A stretch of DNA of 64,000 nt from assembly GCA_964549615.1 (NCBI GenBank), contig CAZJVP010000072.1, positions 1 to 64,000 on the forward strand, given 5' to 3'. Under the pieces are notes generated by a model that was given only the letters and a program-made list of their open reading frames with translations, ran no database searches and was not told the origin of the DNA. Below are positions 1 through 8,644 of this stretch, piece after piece. The translations under genes were made by a program, and so were the position numbers. Source of the stretch: an uncultured Thermococci archaeon. Lineage in GTDB: Archaea > CAYQAE01 > CAYVLA01. Within the stretch, counting starts at the first letter, position 1, and every line of letters begins with the position of its first letter.

Positions 1-97
1 GCCTAGGGCCGGCGCAAGACGGCCGGAACACTTCAAGACCCTCGCACGAAACATATAACAACCTTCAAGGGGTTGCCCGGGCAGGGAGTGGAAAGGG

Positions 98-439
98 TTG
101 GCAGGCAGGATCAAGAACAAGCTCTCCGATTTCTTCCGTGCCACGGCCGTGCTGAGGGCCGAGATGCCCGAATGCGACGGCTGCAAGATGCACTTCAATA
201 AGGAGAAATACGGACACGAGTGCGAGTATCCAGGCTGCACCGTGATACTCTGCCCCAAGTGCAGGTTCTGTTCCAAGCACGGCCAGTGCCCCGACTGCGG
301 CAGGCTGTTCCTGGTCGATACCGGACATGCCTGCGGAGATCCGTACTGCGACAAGCTTCTCTGCCCGAACTGCGGGCCCTACTGCAAGGACCACGCCGAA
401 AAGGAAGAGAAGTTCGAGGAAGAGAAGTTCGAGTACTAA
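98..439 (+). CDS. Small Cys/His-rich protein with two tandem zinc-finger-like repeats
   Basis: Two aligned repeats: CDGC..GHEC..PGC...LCPKC.FCSKH and CPDC..GHAC..PYC...LCPNC..YCKDH. TATA-like ATATAA at ~53-58. TTG start at 98, alternative ATG at 164. Confidence 0.75.
   Translation: MAGRIKNKLSDFFRATAVLRAEMPECDGCKMHFNKEKYGHECEYPGCTVILCPKCRFCSKHGQCPDCGRLFLVDTGHACGDPYCDKLLCPNCGPYCKDHAEKEEKFEEEKFEY
404..433 (+). repeat. Perfect 15-bp tandem duplication (GAAGAGAAGTTCGAG x2) encoding the EEKFE-EEKFE tail
   Basis: Read directly: 404-418 is identical to 419-433. Confidence 0.9.
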
Positions 440-527
440 GCCCCGCCGACGGCTACGCCAGCCTTGGCTAGAACGCCACTTCTCATCCCGCCCAGATGCC
501 AGACGCTGCTGGTCGGATCCTGAGATC

Positions 528-1181
528 CTATGCCGCCTTCCCGGTAAGCCAGTTTTCTATCATCCGGACGCCCAGCACCGCGTCCGGGGCGCAGGCGTCG
601 GCCCCCATCTCCTTGACCAGTTCGTCCGTCGCGGCAGCGCCGCCGACGATGATCTTGACCTTGTCGCGAAGGCCAGCCGCCTTGAACGCGTCCACGATCT
701 CCTTGGTGTAGACTATGGTCGTCGACAGCAGGGCGGAGAGCCCCACGACCTTTGCCCCCTCCTTCTTGACGGCCTCCACGAACTTCTCCTTAGGAACGTC
801 CACGCCAAGGTCCACGACGTCGATTCCCGCCGCAACCAGAAGCGAGACCACCAGGTCCTTCCCGATATCGTGAAGATCGCCCTTGACCGTGCCGATGACG
901 ACCTTGCCCTTGCTCTTGACATCCCCCGACTTGAGAGCAGGCTGGAGAACCGACATCGCCTCCTTCATGGTCTCCCCCGCCATGATCAGCTCGGAGAAGA
1001 AGAACTCGCCGCTCTCGTACTTGTCTCCGACAACCTTCATCGCATCCCCAAGGGCGTCCACCAGTTTGAGGGGCGGCGTCTTGGCGTCAAGGGCTTTCTT
1101 GACGGTAACCTTGATCCCGTCTATGTCAAACTCGATCAGTTGCTTCTTGATTTTGCTTGCGTAGTCGACCATTCTAGTCAC
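528..1181 (-). CDS. Corrinoid (B12-binding) protein, MtaC/MtbC/MttC family
   Basis: Cap domain (VGDKYESGEFFFSELIMAG), B12 motif GDLHDIGK, then GLSALL and IIVGGA. Confidence 0.93.
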   Translation of the reverse strand: MTRMVDYASKIKKQLIEFDIDGIKVTVKKALDAKTPPLKLVDALGDAMKVVGDKYESGEFFFSELIMAGETMKEAMSVLQPALKSGDVKSKGKVVIGTVKGDLHDIGKDLVVSLLVAAGIDVVDLGVDVPKEKFVEAVKKEGAKVVGLSALLSTTIVYTKEIVDAFKAAGLRDKVKIIVGGAAATDELVKEMGADACAPDAVLGVRMIENWLTGKAA

Positions 1182-1313
1182 CCGGATGCCTCAGGCATTC
1201 CAAGCTTCAGCCACACGCCCGAAGGAGGCCTTATTAGTGTTTCGACAGTGGACAGCGGACAGTGGCGCGCGTCGTCTCCGCGCGCTTGGCTTTGAAACTC
1301 AGGGCTAGGCTAT

Positions 1314-2471
1314 CTAAACGCTCTCCCATGATCGGCTCGCAAGTTTGCCGTCGCGCGTGTACTTGCCGATCAGCGATGGCGCCTCCCTCCTACGCCTCCT
1401 GTGTTCTTCCAAGAAGTCAACGATGTACCGGGTCAGTTCGGCCTTGCAGGCCCCGCAGAATCTCTCCCCGGCCCTGCACTGGGCGGCCCTAGTCTTCACC
1501 TCCTTATCATCGGTCAGGAAAAGCGTGTACAGCCACTGGAATACGACGCAGTGATCCGGCCTCCCCCCTTTCTTCCGCTGCTCCTCCTTGGTTGCACCCC
1601 CGCCAGTGAAGGCGTTCCAGATCTTCCGTTTCACCTGCTCCGGGCTGTCCGAGAGGAATATGGCGGTGTCGGGTTGGGAGGCCGACATCTTGCCTCCGAT
1701 GCTCAGGAGCCCGCTGAGAAGCCTTGAGTGAACCGCGCCCGGCTTGGGAAAACCGAGCTTTGGCGCGACGTCGCGGGCGATTTTTAGGAAGCTGTCCTGG
1801 TCGATCCCCATCGGCACGATGACGGGGGTGGGTCCGTCAACGAAGTTCGCCAAGAGAAGGTGCGCGGCCTGAACGGCCGGGAAGAAGCTCCAACCTATGT
1901 TCCTCAGCACCGAGTCCCCGAAGGTCGCCCGGGCCGTATTGAAAGTGACGTGCTTGGCGATCTTGGCCGCAGCCCGGTAGATCTTGGTGAACTCCAGGTT
2001 GCTGAAGATGAAGGTCTTGTCTGGGTCGAACCCAACCGCGGCGATGTCCAACGCGTTCTGCTCGGCGAACTTCTCGGCGGCCTCGAAGGAGAGGTCTGGG
2101 TTGACGAAGAACTTCTCGTCCGTCGTGAGCTGTATGTAGACGTCCGCGTCGAACCTCTCCTGCATCCATCTCGTGAACTCAAGCGGTATGTAGTGCGCGA
2201 TGGTCATGTCTCCGGAAGGGCCGCGGCCCGTGGCCAGGGCGAACCTCGAGCCCGAGTAATAGTCATCGAGTATCTTGTCCAAATCCCTGTGGGAGAAGAA
2301 GTATCCCCGCCGCAGGTAGATGTGGAGGGGCTCGCCAAACCTCCTCAGCACCCCCGGCCCGATCTTCTTGACGCCGAACTCCTCGATGAGCCTGTCGTAG
2401 TCGATCTCGCCCTCGACTTCCCAAGGAGTTACCCTAAAAGCTGGGCCTTCAGAAGATCCGGACAAGTCCAA
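1314..2471 (-). CDS. trpS: Tryptophan--tRNA ligase, archaeal/eukaryal type
   Basis: VTPWEV..IDYDRLI..FG, GRGPS, GIDQD, KMSAS, NAFTGG and CGACK motifs. Confidence 0.95.
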   Translation of the reverse strand: MDLSGSSEGPAFRVTPWEVEGEIDYDRLIEEFGVKKIGPGVLRRFGEPLHIYLRRGYFFSHRDLDKILDDYYSGSRFALATGRGPSGDMTIAHYIPLEFTRWMQERFDADVYIQLTTDEKFFVNPDLSFEAAEKFAEQNALDIAAVGFDPDKTFIFSNLEFTKIYRAAAKIAKHVTFNTARATFGDSVLRNIGWSFFPAVQAAHLLLANFVDGPTPVIVPMGIDQDSFLKIARDVAPKLGFPKPGAVHSRLLSGLLSIGGKMSASQPDTAIFLSDSPEQVKRKIWNAFTGGGATKEEQRKKGGRPDHCVVFQWLYTLFLTDDKEVKTRAAQCRAGERFCGACKAELTRYIVDFLEEHRRRRREAPSLIGKYTRDGKLASRSWESV

Positions 2472-2508
2472 GTCCCACCCTGGCAGGTTTCGGCCGGCGG
2501 GAGAACGC

Positions 2509-2721
2509 CTATCTCCTCGAGGTCCTCACCTTTCCGCGCCTGCTCGTCAGGCACTCGGGACAGACCTCCCAACGAAGGCCCCCGGAGCCCTCGAGCCTCT
2601 TGGTGTGGTCCTCGCATATCGGCCTCCCGCATCTCTTGCACTCGCTGATCGTGAGTTTGTCGCAGAAGGCGCATTTCTTCTTTCTTTTCTTCGCAAGGCC
2701 GAAGAAGAGGAAGCCAAGCAT
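2509..2721 (-). CDS. 70-aa zinc-finger microprotein (CxxC-CxxC-CxxH-CxxC, B-box-like)
   Basis: CAFC..CKRC...CEDH..CPEC. ATG at 2721, about 40 nt downstream of the AT-rich box at 2761-2770. Lies just upstream of trpS. Confidence 0.7.
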   Translation of the reverse strand: MLGFLFFGLAKKRKKKCAFCDKLTISECKRCGRPICEDHTKRLEGSGGLRWEVCPECLTSRRGKVRTSRR

Positions 2722-2758
2722 CCGAGCACCCCGGTGGGACGGGCATGCGTCCCTCGAA

Positions 2759-2772
2759 GCTTTTATTAATGT
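2759..2772. promoter_or_regulatory. Probable bidirectional TATA box (TTTTATTAAT)
   Basis: Isolated AT-rich box between the divergent zinc-finger/trpS and CinA-like genes. Confidence 0.6.
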
Positions 2773-2832
2773 TTGGGGGGGCCGCCGGCCGCCGGCAACA
2801 CATATCAGCCGGTCTCCGAGCGCGTTTCCCGG

Positions 2833-3603
2833 ATGGATTCCATGCAGGTCGAGATCATCACCGTGGGCTACGAGATCCTTGACGGGGATGTCTTGGACAC
2901 GAACTCTAACTGGCTCGCCACCCAACTATCACGGGCCGGTCACAGGCTTACGAGGATCACGGTGGTGGAAGATCTGGTGCCTGTCATCGCAGAGTGCCTC
3001 AAGGACGCACTATCGCGATCGCCGGACGCGATCTTGGTTTGCGGCGGCCTTGGGCCGACGAAGGATGACTTGACCCTTGAGGGCGTGGCCATCGGCGTGG
3101 GGCGCGGGCTGGTCGACAACGAAGAGGCGATGGCGATGATTCGGTCGCGCTACGCGCAGATGCATCCCGATGTGCCTCCGAACCAGCTCATGACCGAGGC
3201 GCGGCGCAAGATGGGAAGGCTCCCCGCGGGTGCCACCCCGCTAAGAAACCCCGTAGGGTCCGCTCCCGGCGTGCTCATGCAGGTCGGGAAGACAAAGATC
3301 ATCTGTCTCCCGGGAGTCCCCGACGAGCTTAAGGCAATCTTCACCGAATCCGTCGCTCCGATGCTTGGGAAGGGAGAGAGGCTGGAAATCCGTACGCCCA
3401 TCGTCATCGGCATCGGGGAATCGCTGCTTGCCCCTCACCTGAACAGGGTGATGGACGAGACTGGAGTCGAGATAAGGTCATACCCATCAAAGGGACGCAT
3501 AAGGCTTAAGATCCTCGGCGCCAACGCGGGGAGGGCAGTCGATCGGCTCAGGGAGCTGCTGGGCAAGGACGTCGCGATCTTGGAGGAAACGCCCGCGCAG
3601 TGA
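2833..3603 (+). CDS. CinA-like molybdopterin-binding-domain protein without a PncC domain
   Basis: IITVGYEILDG..LDTN, GGLGPTKDDLT, NPVGSAPG, LPGVPDEL, GESLLA and IRSYP motifs. Start at 2833 or 2842. Confidence 0.88.
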   Translation: MDSMQVEIITVGYEILDGDVLDTNSNWLATQLSRAGHRLTRITVVEDLVPVIAECLKDALSRSPDAILVCGGLGPTKDDLTLEGVAIGVGRGLVDNEEAMAMIRSRYAQMHPDVPPNQLMTEARRKMGRLPAGATPLRNPVGSAPGVLMQVGKTKIICLPGVPDELKAIFTESVAPMLGKGERLEIRTPIVIGIGESLLAPHLNRVMDETGVEIRSYPSKGRIRLKILGANAGRAVDRLRELLGKDVAILEETPAQ

Positions 3604-3722
3604 GCGCGCCGCGCGCAGCGGGCCGGACATCGCGGCGACCATGCGACACCGGGGGGCCGGATCGTCCTGGGAAAAAGATTGATAAGAACTCGAAGGCGGC
3701 CGAACCCACCAGAGCTGGCAGG

Positions 3723-4736
3723 ATGGCTGACCGTCCTACGGATCTCCTCACCGAGAGCACGATAATGGTGACGGGAGGGGCGGGCTTCATAGGCAGCAAC
3801 ATGGTGGACGTACTTTCTAGGGATCCGTCGAACACCGTGATCGCGGTTGACGATCTCTCGACCGGAGATCCGGCCAACGTTGTCTGGATGAGACGCCGCA
3901 AGAACGTGTCCTTCCACAAGCTGGACGTATGCAAGACCCGGAGGCTTGCCTCGGTCATGCGTTGCGGCGTCGACCTGGTTTTCCACGAAGCCGCCGTCGC
4001 GAGCGTGCAGGCCTCGATCAACGACCCGGTCTCAACGAACCGCGCCAACGTCGAGGGCACCATCTCCTGCCTCCAAGCCTGCGTTGATGCCGGAGTAGGT
4101 GGGCTAGTCTTCGCTTCATCCTGCGCGGTCTACGGGGACCAAACAGCACCTCCTTTGAGGGAGGACGGCCCGGCAAGGCCGACGTCGCCGTACGGCGTCA
4201 GCAAGCTCGCAGGGGAGAACTACTGCAGGGTGTTCCACGAGCTTCATGGCACCCACGTCGTGAGCCTGAGGTATTTCAACGTCTACGGTCCGAGGCAGAA
4301 TCCCGACTCCGAGTACGCTGCCGTCGTGCCCACATTCATCAAGCTGATGGCGTCGGGCAGGCCGCTCACCATCCACGGAGATGGAGAGCAGACGAGGGAC
4401 TTTGTCTACGTTCAAGACGTGATACGGGCAAACTGCATCGCTGCAAGGACGGCGAAGGCAGCAGGGCGGACATACAACGTTGCAAGCGGCAGGGCGGTCT
4501 CGATCAACACGCTCGCGGAGCTGATAAGGCAGGCCATGGGGAGCGACCTTAAACCGAGGCACGGGAAGCCCAGGCCCGGGGACATTCGGCATAGCTGCGG
4601 CGACCCGACGCGGGCTCGCGTTGAGCTGGGGTTCGAGCCCCTGTACTCGCTGGAGCGAGGGCTCAAGGAGACGGTATCTTACTTCCTAGACGGGAGGCAG
4701 TTGAATGCGAAGCGACGCGGTCAAGAAAGGAATTGA
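3723..4736 (+). CDS. NAD-dependent nucleotide-sugar epimerase/dehydratase (extended SDR)
   Basis: [23 protein letters not shown] and GDGEQTRDF motifs. Confidence 0.93.
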   Translation: MADRPTDLLTESTIMVTGGAGFIGSNMVDVLSRDPSNTVIAVDDLSTGDPANVVWMRRRKNVSFHKLDVCKTRRLASVMRCGVDLVFHEAAVASVQASINDPVSTNRANVEGTISCLQACVDAGVGGLVFASSCAVYGDQTAPPLREDGPARPTSPYGVSKLAGENYCRVFHELHGTHVVSLRYFNVYGPRQNPDSEYAAVVPTFIKLMASGRPLTIHGDGEQTRDFVYVQDVIRANCIAARTAKAAGRTYNVASGRAVSINTLAELIRQAMGSDLKPRHGKPRPGDIRHSCGDPTRARVELGFEPLYSLERGLKETVSYFLDGRQLNAKRRGQERN

Positions 4737-6363
4737 GAGGATCCCGCACCGAGCCCTTCTGAGGGCGTGCGGGTTGAAGGACGAGGACCTGACGAAGCCA
4801 CTGGTGGCAATCGCCAATTCGTGGAACCAGGTCATACCCGGCCATGTCCACATGATGGAGCTCTTCGAGGAGATCGCTGCCGGCGTCAGGGAGGCCGGGG
4901 GGGTTCCCCTCGGGTTTGGGGTCCCCTCGATCTGCGACGGCATAGCGATGAACGTCGAGATGAGGTACTCGCTGCCCTCCAGGGAGCTCGTTGCCGACTC
5001 GATCGAGGCGGTGGTTCGGTCGCACAGCTTCGATGGGTGGGTGGGCCTAACCAACTGCGACAAGATCACGCCAGGCATGCTGATGGCCTGCGGAAGGCTG
5101 GACATCCCGGCCATAATCGTGACCGGCGGGCCGATGAAAGCTGGGCGTCTGGGCGAGGAAAGGCTGGACGTGATATCGTGCTTCGAGGCCGTCGGCAGGG
5201 TCAAGGCTGCCACGCTGAGCGAGCAGGATGCGGAGAAGGTGTGCAGGCTTGCCTGCCCTGGGCCGGGCTCCTGCGCCGGCCTTTTCACGGCGAACTCGAT
5301 GGCCTGCGTGACCGAAGCCCTGGGAATGTCGCTTCCAGGTTCGGCCACCGTGCTCGCGGAGGACCCGAGAAGGAAGAGCATTGCCCGCGAGTCGGGACGG
5401 CGGATCGTCCAACTCATACGGGAGAACATCACGCCATCCATGATAATGACCGAGAACGCCTTCGAGAACGCCATCCGCATGGACATGGCGATCGGCGGTT
5501 CCTCCAACACGGTGCTGCACCTTCCCGCCATCGCCCGGGAGCTCGGAATCCACATCGACATCGAGAAGTTCGACGATATCTCGCGAGTGACGCCCAACAT
5601 ATGCTCCATAAGGCCCTTTGGTCCCTACTTCATGGAGGATCTCGACGCCGCCGGCGGGGTGCCCGGCGTTCTGAACAGGCTCAAGGACGACATCCGCGAT
5701 TCGCCGACTGTGTCAGGGATCAGCATCCTGGAGATAGCGAGAAGGAGCAAGGTGAAGGACGGGAAAGTCATACGCAGCAAGGGCAGGGCGTTCCACCGTG
5801 AGGGCGGGATCGGCGTCCTCAAGGGCAACCTAGCCCCCAAGGGATCCGTGGTCAAGATGCCCGGCGTTCCCCGCAACATGCTGGTCCACGAGGGGCCGGC
5901 CCGGGTGTTCGATTCGGAGCAGGAATCCATGGAAGCGATCCTTTCGGGTTCCATACTTCCTGGCGATGTGGTCGTGATAAGGTACGTAGGCGTCAGGGGG
6001 GCCCCAGGAATGCCCGAGATGCTCTCCCCGACCTCGGCCCTGGTCGGCATGGGGATGATCGACAAGGTAGCGCTGATCACTGACGGGCGCTTCTCGGGCG
6101 GCACGAGGGGACTATGCATCGGCCACGTCTGTCCGGAGGCGATGGACCGAGGACCCATAGCCGCCGTCAAGGACGGAGACAGGATCAAGATCGACATCCC
6201 GGCAAGGAAGCTCGACGTTGACCTTTCGGATGGAGAGATTCGCAGAAGGATGGTGCAGGCCTCCAGAAAGATCCGCAAGGTCGCCACTAGAAAGCTCGGG
6301 GGATACCTTTCTTTGTACTCCAAGGTCGCAGGGCCCGCAGACAAGGGCGCGTCCCGACTCTAG
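4705..6363 (+). CDS. ilvD: Dihydroxy-acid dehydratase
   Basis: [35 protein letters not shown] and TDGRFSGG motifs. Confidence 0.96.
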   Translation: MRSDAVKKGIERIPHRALLRACGLKDEDLTKPLVAIANSWNQVIPGHVHMMELFEEIAAGVREAGGVPLGFGVPSICDGIAMNVEMRYSLPSRELVADSIEAVVRSHSFDGWVGLTNCDKITPGMLMACGRLDIPAIIVTGGPMKAGRLGEERLDVISCFEAVGRVKAATLSEQDAEKVCRLACPGPGSCAGLFTANSMACVTEALGMSLPGSATVLAEDPRRKSIARESGRRIVQLIRENITPSMIMTENAFENAIRMDMAIGGSSNTVLHLPAIARELGIHIDIEKFDDISRVTPNICSIRPFGPYFMEDLDAAGGVPGVLNRLKDDIRDSPTVSGISILEIARRSKVKDGKVIRSKGRAFHREGGIGVLKGNLAPKGSVVKMPGVPRNMLVHEGPARVFDSEQESMEAILSGSILPGDVVVIRYVGVRGAPGMPEMLSPTSALVGMGMIDKVALITDGRFSGGTRGLCIGHVCPEAMDRGPIAAVKDGDRIKIDIPARKLDVDLSDGEIRRRMVQASRKIRKVATRKLGGYLSLYSKVAGPADKGASRL

Positions 6364-6486
6364 CCTGCCATCTCCAGCCGCGGACGAAGTTCTTCCTGGT
6401 TGGGCTTCGTTTGCGAGGGACTTCTCGCCGCGCTGCCGGCCCACTACCATTTGTTTGGCCATTTCGTCGAGGGGCGATGTTCTCGG

Positions 6487-6849
6487 TCAAGCATAGGGGT
6501 GAGGTTCGATCCCTCGCCGTTGGCTCGGCAGGTTCTGATGGCCGGCAAGGAGAGCACGGAGCGGCGCAAATCCTTGATAGATTACTGAGAACAGCTTTGC
6601 CCGCGACATGTGGATGCGAACCGAGACCTTCCTGCCCGCGAGAGCGGAGAGATCGCTTCTGGCCCTCCTTGTGACGACCCTTGCCCACTCGTCACCGACG
6701 AGGGGGTCCGCGTCGGCGAGGCCGAACCCCTCGAAGGCTTCCACGGGGGACGCGGGCGTCGACGGAGTCCGTACCAGCTCGATCCTCAGGCGAGCCTGGC
6801 ATGCTGGCGGGCCTGGTGACAGACACGCACGTAATGCTCCTTGGAGCAT
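6487..6849 (-). pseudogene. Probable C-terminal remnant of a glycosidase-like beta-propeller protein gene
   Basis: EGFGLADADPLVGDE..RVVT....SDLSALAGRKVSVRIHM..AKLFS resembles a C-terminal module I recall from PVC-type glycosidase-like proteins. No N-terminal body is present. Confidence 0.45.
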
Positions 6850-7020
6850 CTGCGAAGTATCCCGGGCTCACGAATCACCTGTCCTGAAGCCCTGAGCCCT
6901 CGGGTGAGACGATGCAGCGGAGAGAAGCCTCTTCCTGCGGACCCACCAGATAAGTGAAAGACAAGAAGTAAGGAGCATCCCCTGAACAGTGGATAGGCTC
7001 GGACCGGAAGGCAGCGTGAG

Positions 7021-7035
7021 GAAACACTTTATAGA
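7021..7035 (+). promoter_or_regulatory. BRE/TATA promoter of tRNA-Cys
   Basis: GAAA...TTTATA at 7028-7033, about 30 nt upstream of the tRNA. Confidence 0.7.
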
Positions 7036-7059
7036 AACCTTGGGAAGTGCGGGACGGTC

Positions 7060-7131
7060 GCTGGGGTAGCCTAGAGGTGAGGCGGCGGACTGCAGATCCG
7101 CTTTACAGGGGTTCAAGTCCCTTCCCCAGCT
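7060..7131 (+). tRNA. tRNA-Cys(GCA), intronless, CCA not encoded
   Basis: Acceptor GCTGGGG/CCCCAGC, anticodon arm GCGGA-CTGCAGA-TCCGC, T loop TTCAAGT, U discriminator. Confidence 0.96.
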
Positions 7132-7435
7132 CCTCATGGCGAATGCTCTCTTGGGCGGAAGCCTTCCAGTATCCTCGTAAGCTGGCTTGGAGTTGGGTAC
7201 GGCAGCGATCATGTGCGTTCCCTGCCGCCGGGGAAGCGCCCATCACGCCAAGTCCGTTGACCGGCCCGAGCCGGCCGCCGATGGGACTTAGACTGATCGG
7301 AAACCAGCGTATCGATTTCAAGGAAATGTGGACCTTTCTTTCGAACTCGCCAAGGCCCAGGGAAACCGAGGTTGATGCTTTTCAGCACGGCATCTTTATC
7401 AGTTGCCGAGTTCGACGGGGACGTGAGCGGCCGCG

Positions 7436-8575
7436 ATGGAGAACCTGGAGCGTTTCATAACCGTCTTGGACTTGAAGATTCCCGACAAAGTTCCGATATT
7501 CGCCCAGAGCATCCTGCCGGAATTTGAAGCAAGATGCCGGTCACTGCCGGGCATTCAGAAGCTCGGTGCGCTGCGCGGAAAGAATCGCATACTCGATTTC
7601 TCAGTCCACGCGGCGTTGGGCATAGAAGGAGCGCTGGCAAGGGGCGACAGCGCTCTGGTCCCAAACCTCGAAGGCCCCTTGAGGGTGGACCCGGACGACC
7701 TACCGAGATCGGATGGGACGGCCCGGATTGGAGGCAATCGTTTCGTGGACTTCTATGGGCGAATAATGGAGACCGGCATCTGGATGGGCCGCGAGACGAC
7801 ATGGTACGTGGGGCCGTACTTCCGAAGCGAAGAGGAGTTTGACGCTTGGCCCCACCTTTACCCCCGCCCGCTCGCCGAGGAATATGTCGAGGACCTGGAG
7901 CAGACGATGGAGGCCGGCAGAGAGCTTGGCTTTCTGCCCGTCCCCATCTGCCAGGGATTGTTCGCCAAGACGATGGAGATGTTTGGTTTGGGTCAAGTTG
8001 CACGCATGCTCCTACGTAACCCTAGCTTCCTGGAAACGGTGCTCGACAGGTTGCTCAAGATCAAGCTCGACATCACGGACCAGTACGGCGCCCTCCAAGT
8101 CCCCGTCGTTGCGGTCGCCGACGACATCGCCATCAAGGGTTCGACCTTCCTCACCCCCAAGCACTACGAACAGCACTTCGTCCCGCGCCTGAGAAAACTC
8201 ACCGAAAGGGCCAAGTCACATGGGATCAGGACGATGCTGCACTCTGACGGCTACGTGACGCCATTGATTCCAGGGGTGATTCGGGCAGGCTTCAACGCCA
8301 TCGAGTGCCTCGAACCTTCCGCCGGCGTCGACTTGGAGACGGTGAAGACGCAGTATGGCGGAAGGATCTGCCTGGTGGGCAACGTCGATGTGCCCCGCAT
8401 CCTTGCTCGCGGCTCCCTAGAGGATGTTCGAACGGAAGTGAAAAGGATCCTAAAGATCGGGATGCCTGGGGGAGGATTTTCCCTTTGTCCAGCGGGGGAC
8501 ATACTCGACGATTGCAAAGTCGAGAATGTACGGGAGATAGCGTGCATGCGGAACCGTTTCGGCATCTACCGATGA
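7436..8575 (+). CDS. Uroporphyrinogen decarboxylase/MtaA-CmuA methyltransferase superfamily protein
   Basis: ADDIA.K...FLTP, LHSDG, LEPSAGVD, LVGNVD and PGGGF motifs. Confidence 0.85.
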   Translation: MENLERFITVLDLKIPDKVPIFAQSILPEFEARCRSLPGIQKLGALRGKNRILDFSVHAALGIEGALARGDSALVPNLEGPLRVDPDDLPRSDGTARIGGNRFVDFYGRIMETGIWMGRETTWYVGPYFRSEEEFDAWPHLYPRPLAEEYVEDLEQTMEAGRELGFLPVPICQGLFAKTMEMFGLGQVARMLLRNPSFLETVLDRLLKIKLDITDQYGALQVPVVAVADDIAIKGSTFLTPKHYEQHFVPRLRKLTERAKSHGIRTMLHSDGYVTPLIPGVIRAGFNAIECLEPSAGVDLETVKTQYGGRICLVGNVDVPRILARGSLEDVRTEVKRILKIGMPGGGFSLCPAGDILDDCKVENVREIACMRNRFGIYR

Positions 8576-8644
8576 AGAGGGAGCCCGCCTCCCCGCATGC
8601 CGCACGCAAGGCCATTCACATCCGGTCATCCATGAGAGCCGGCC

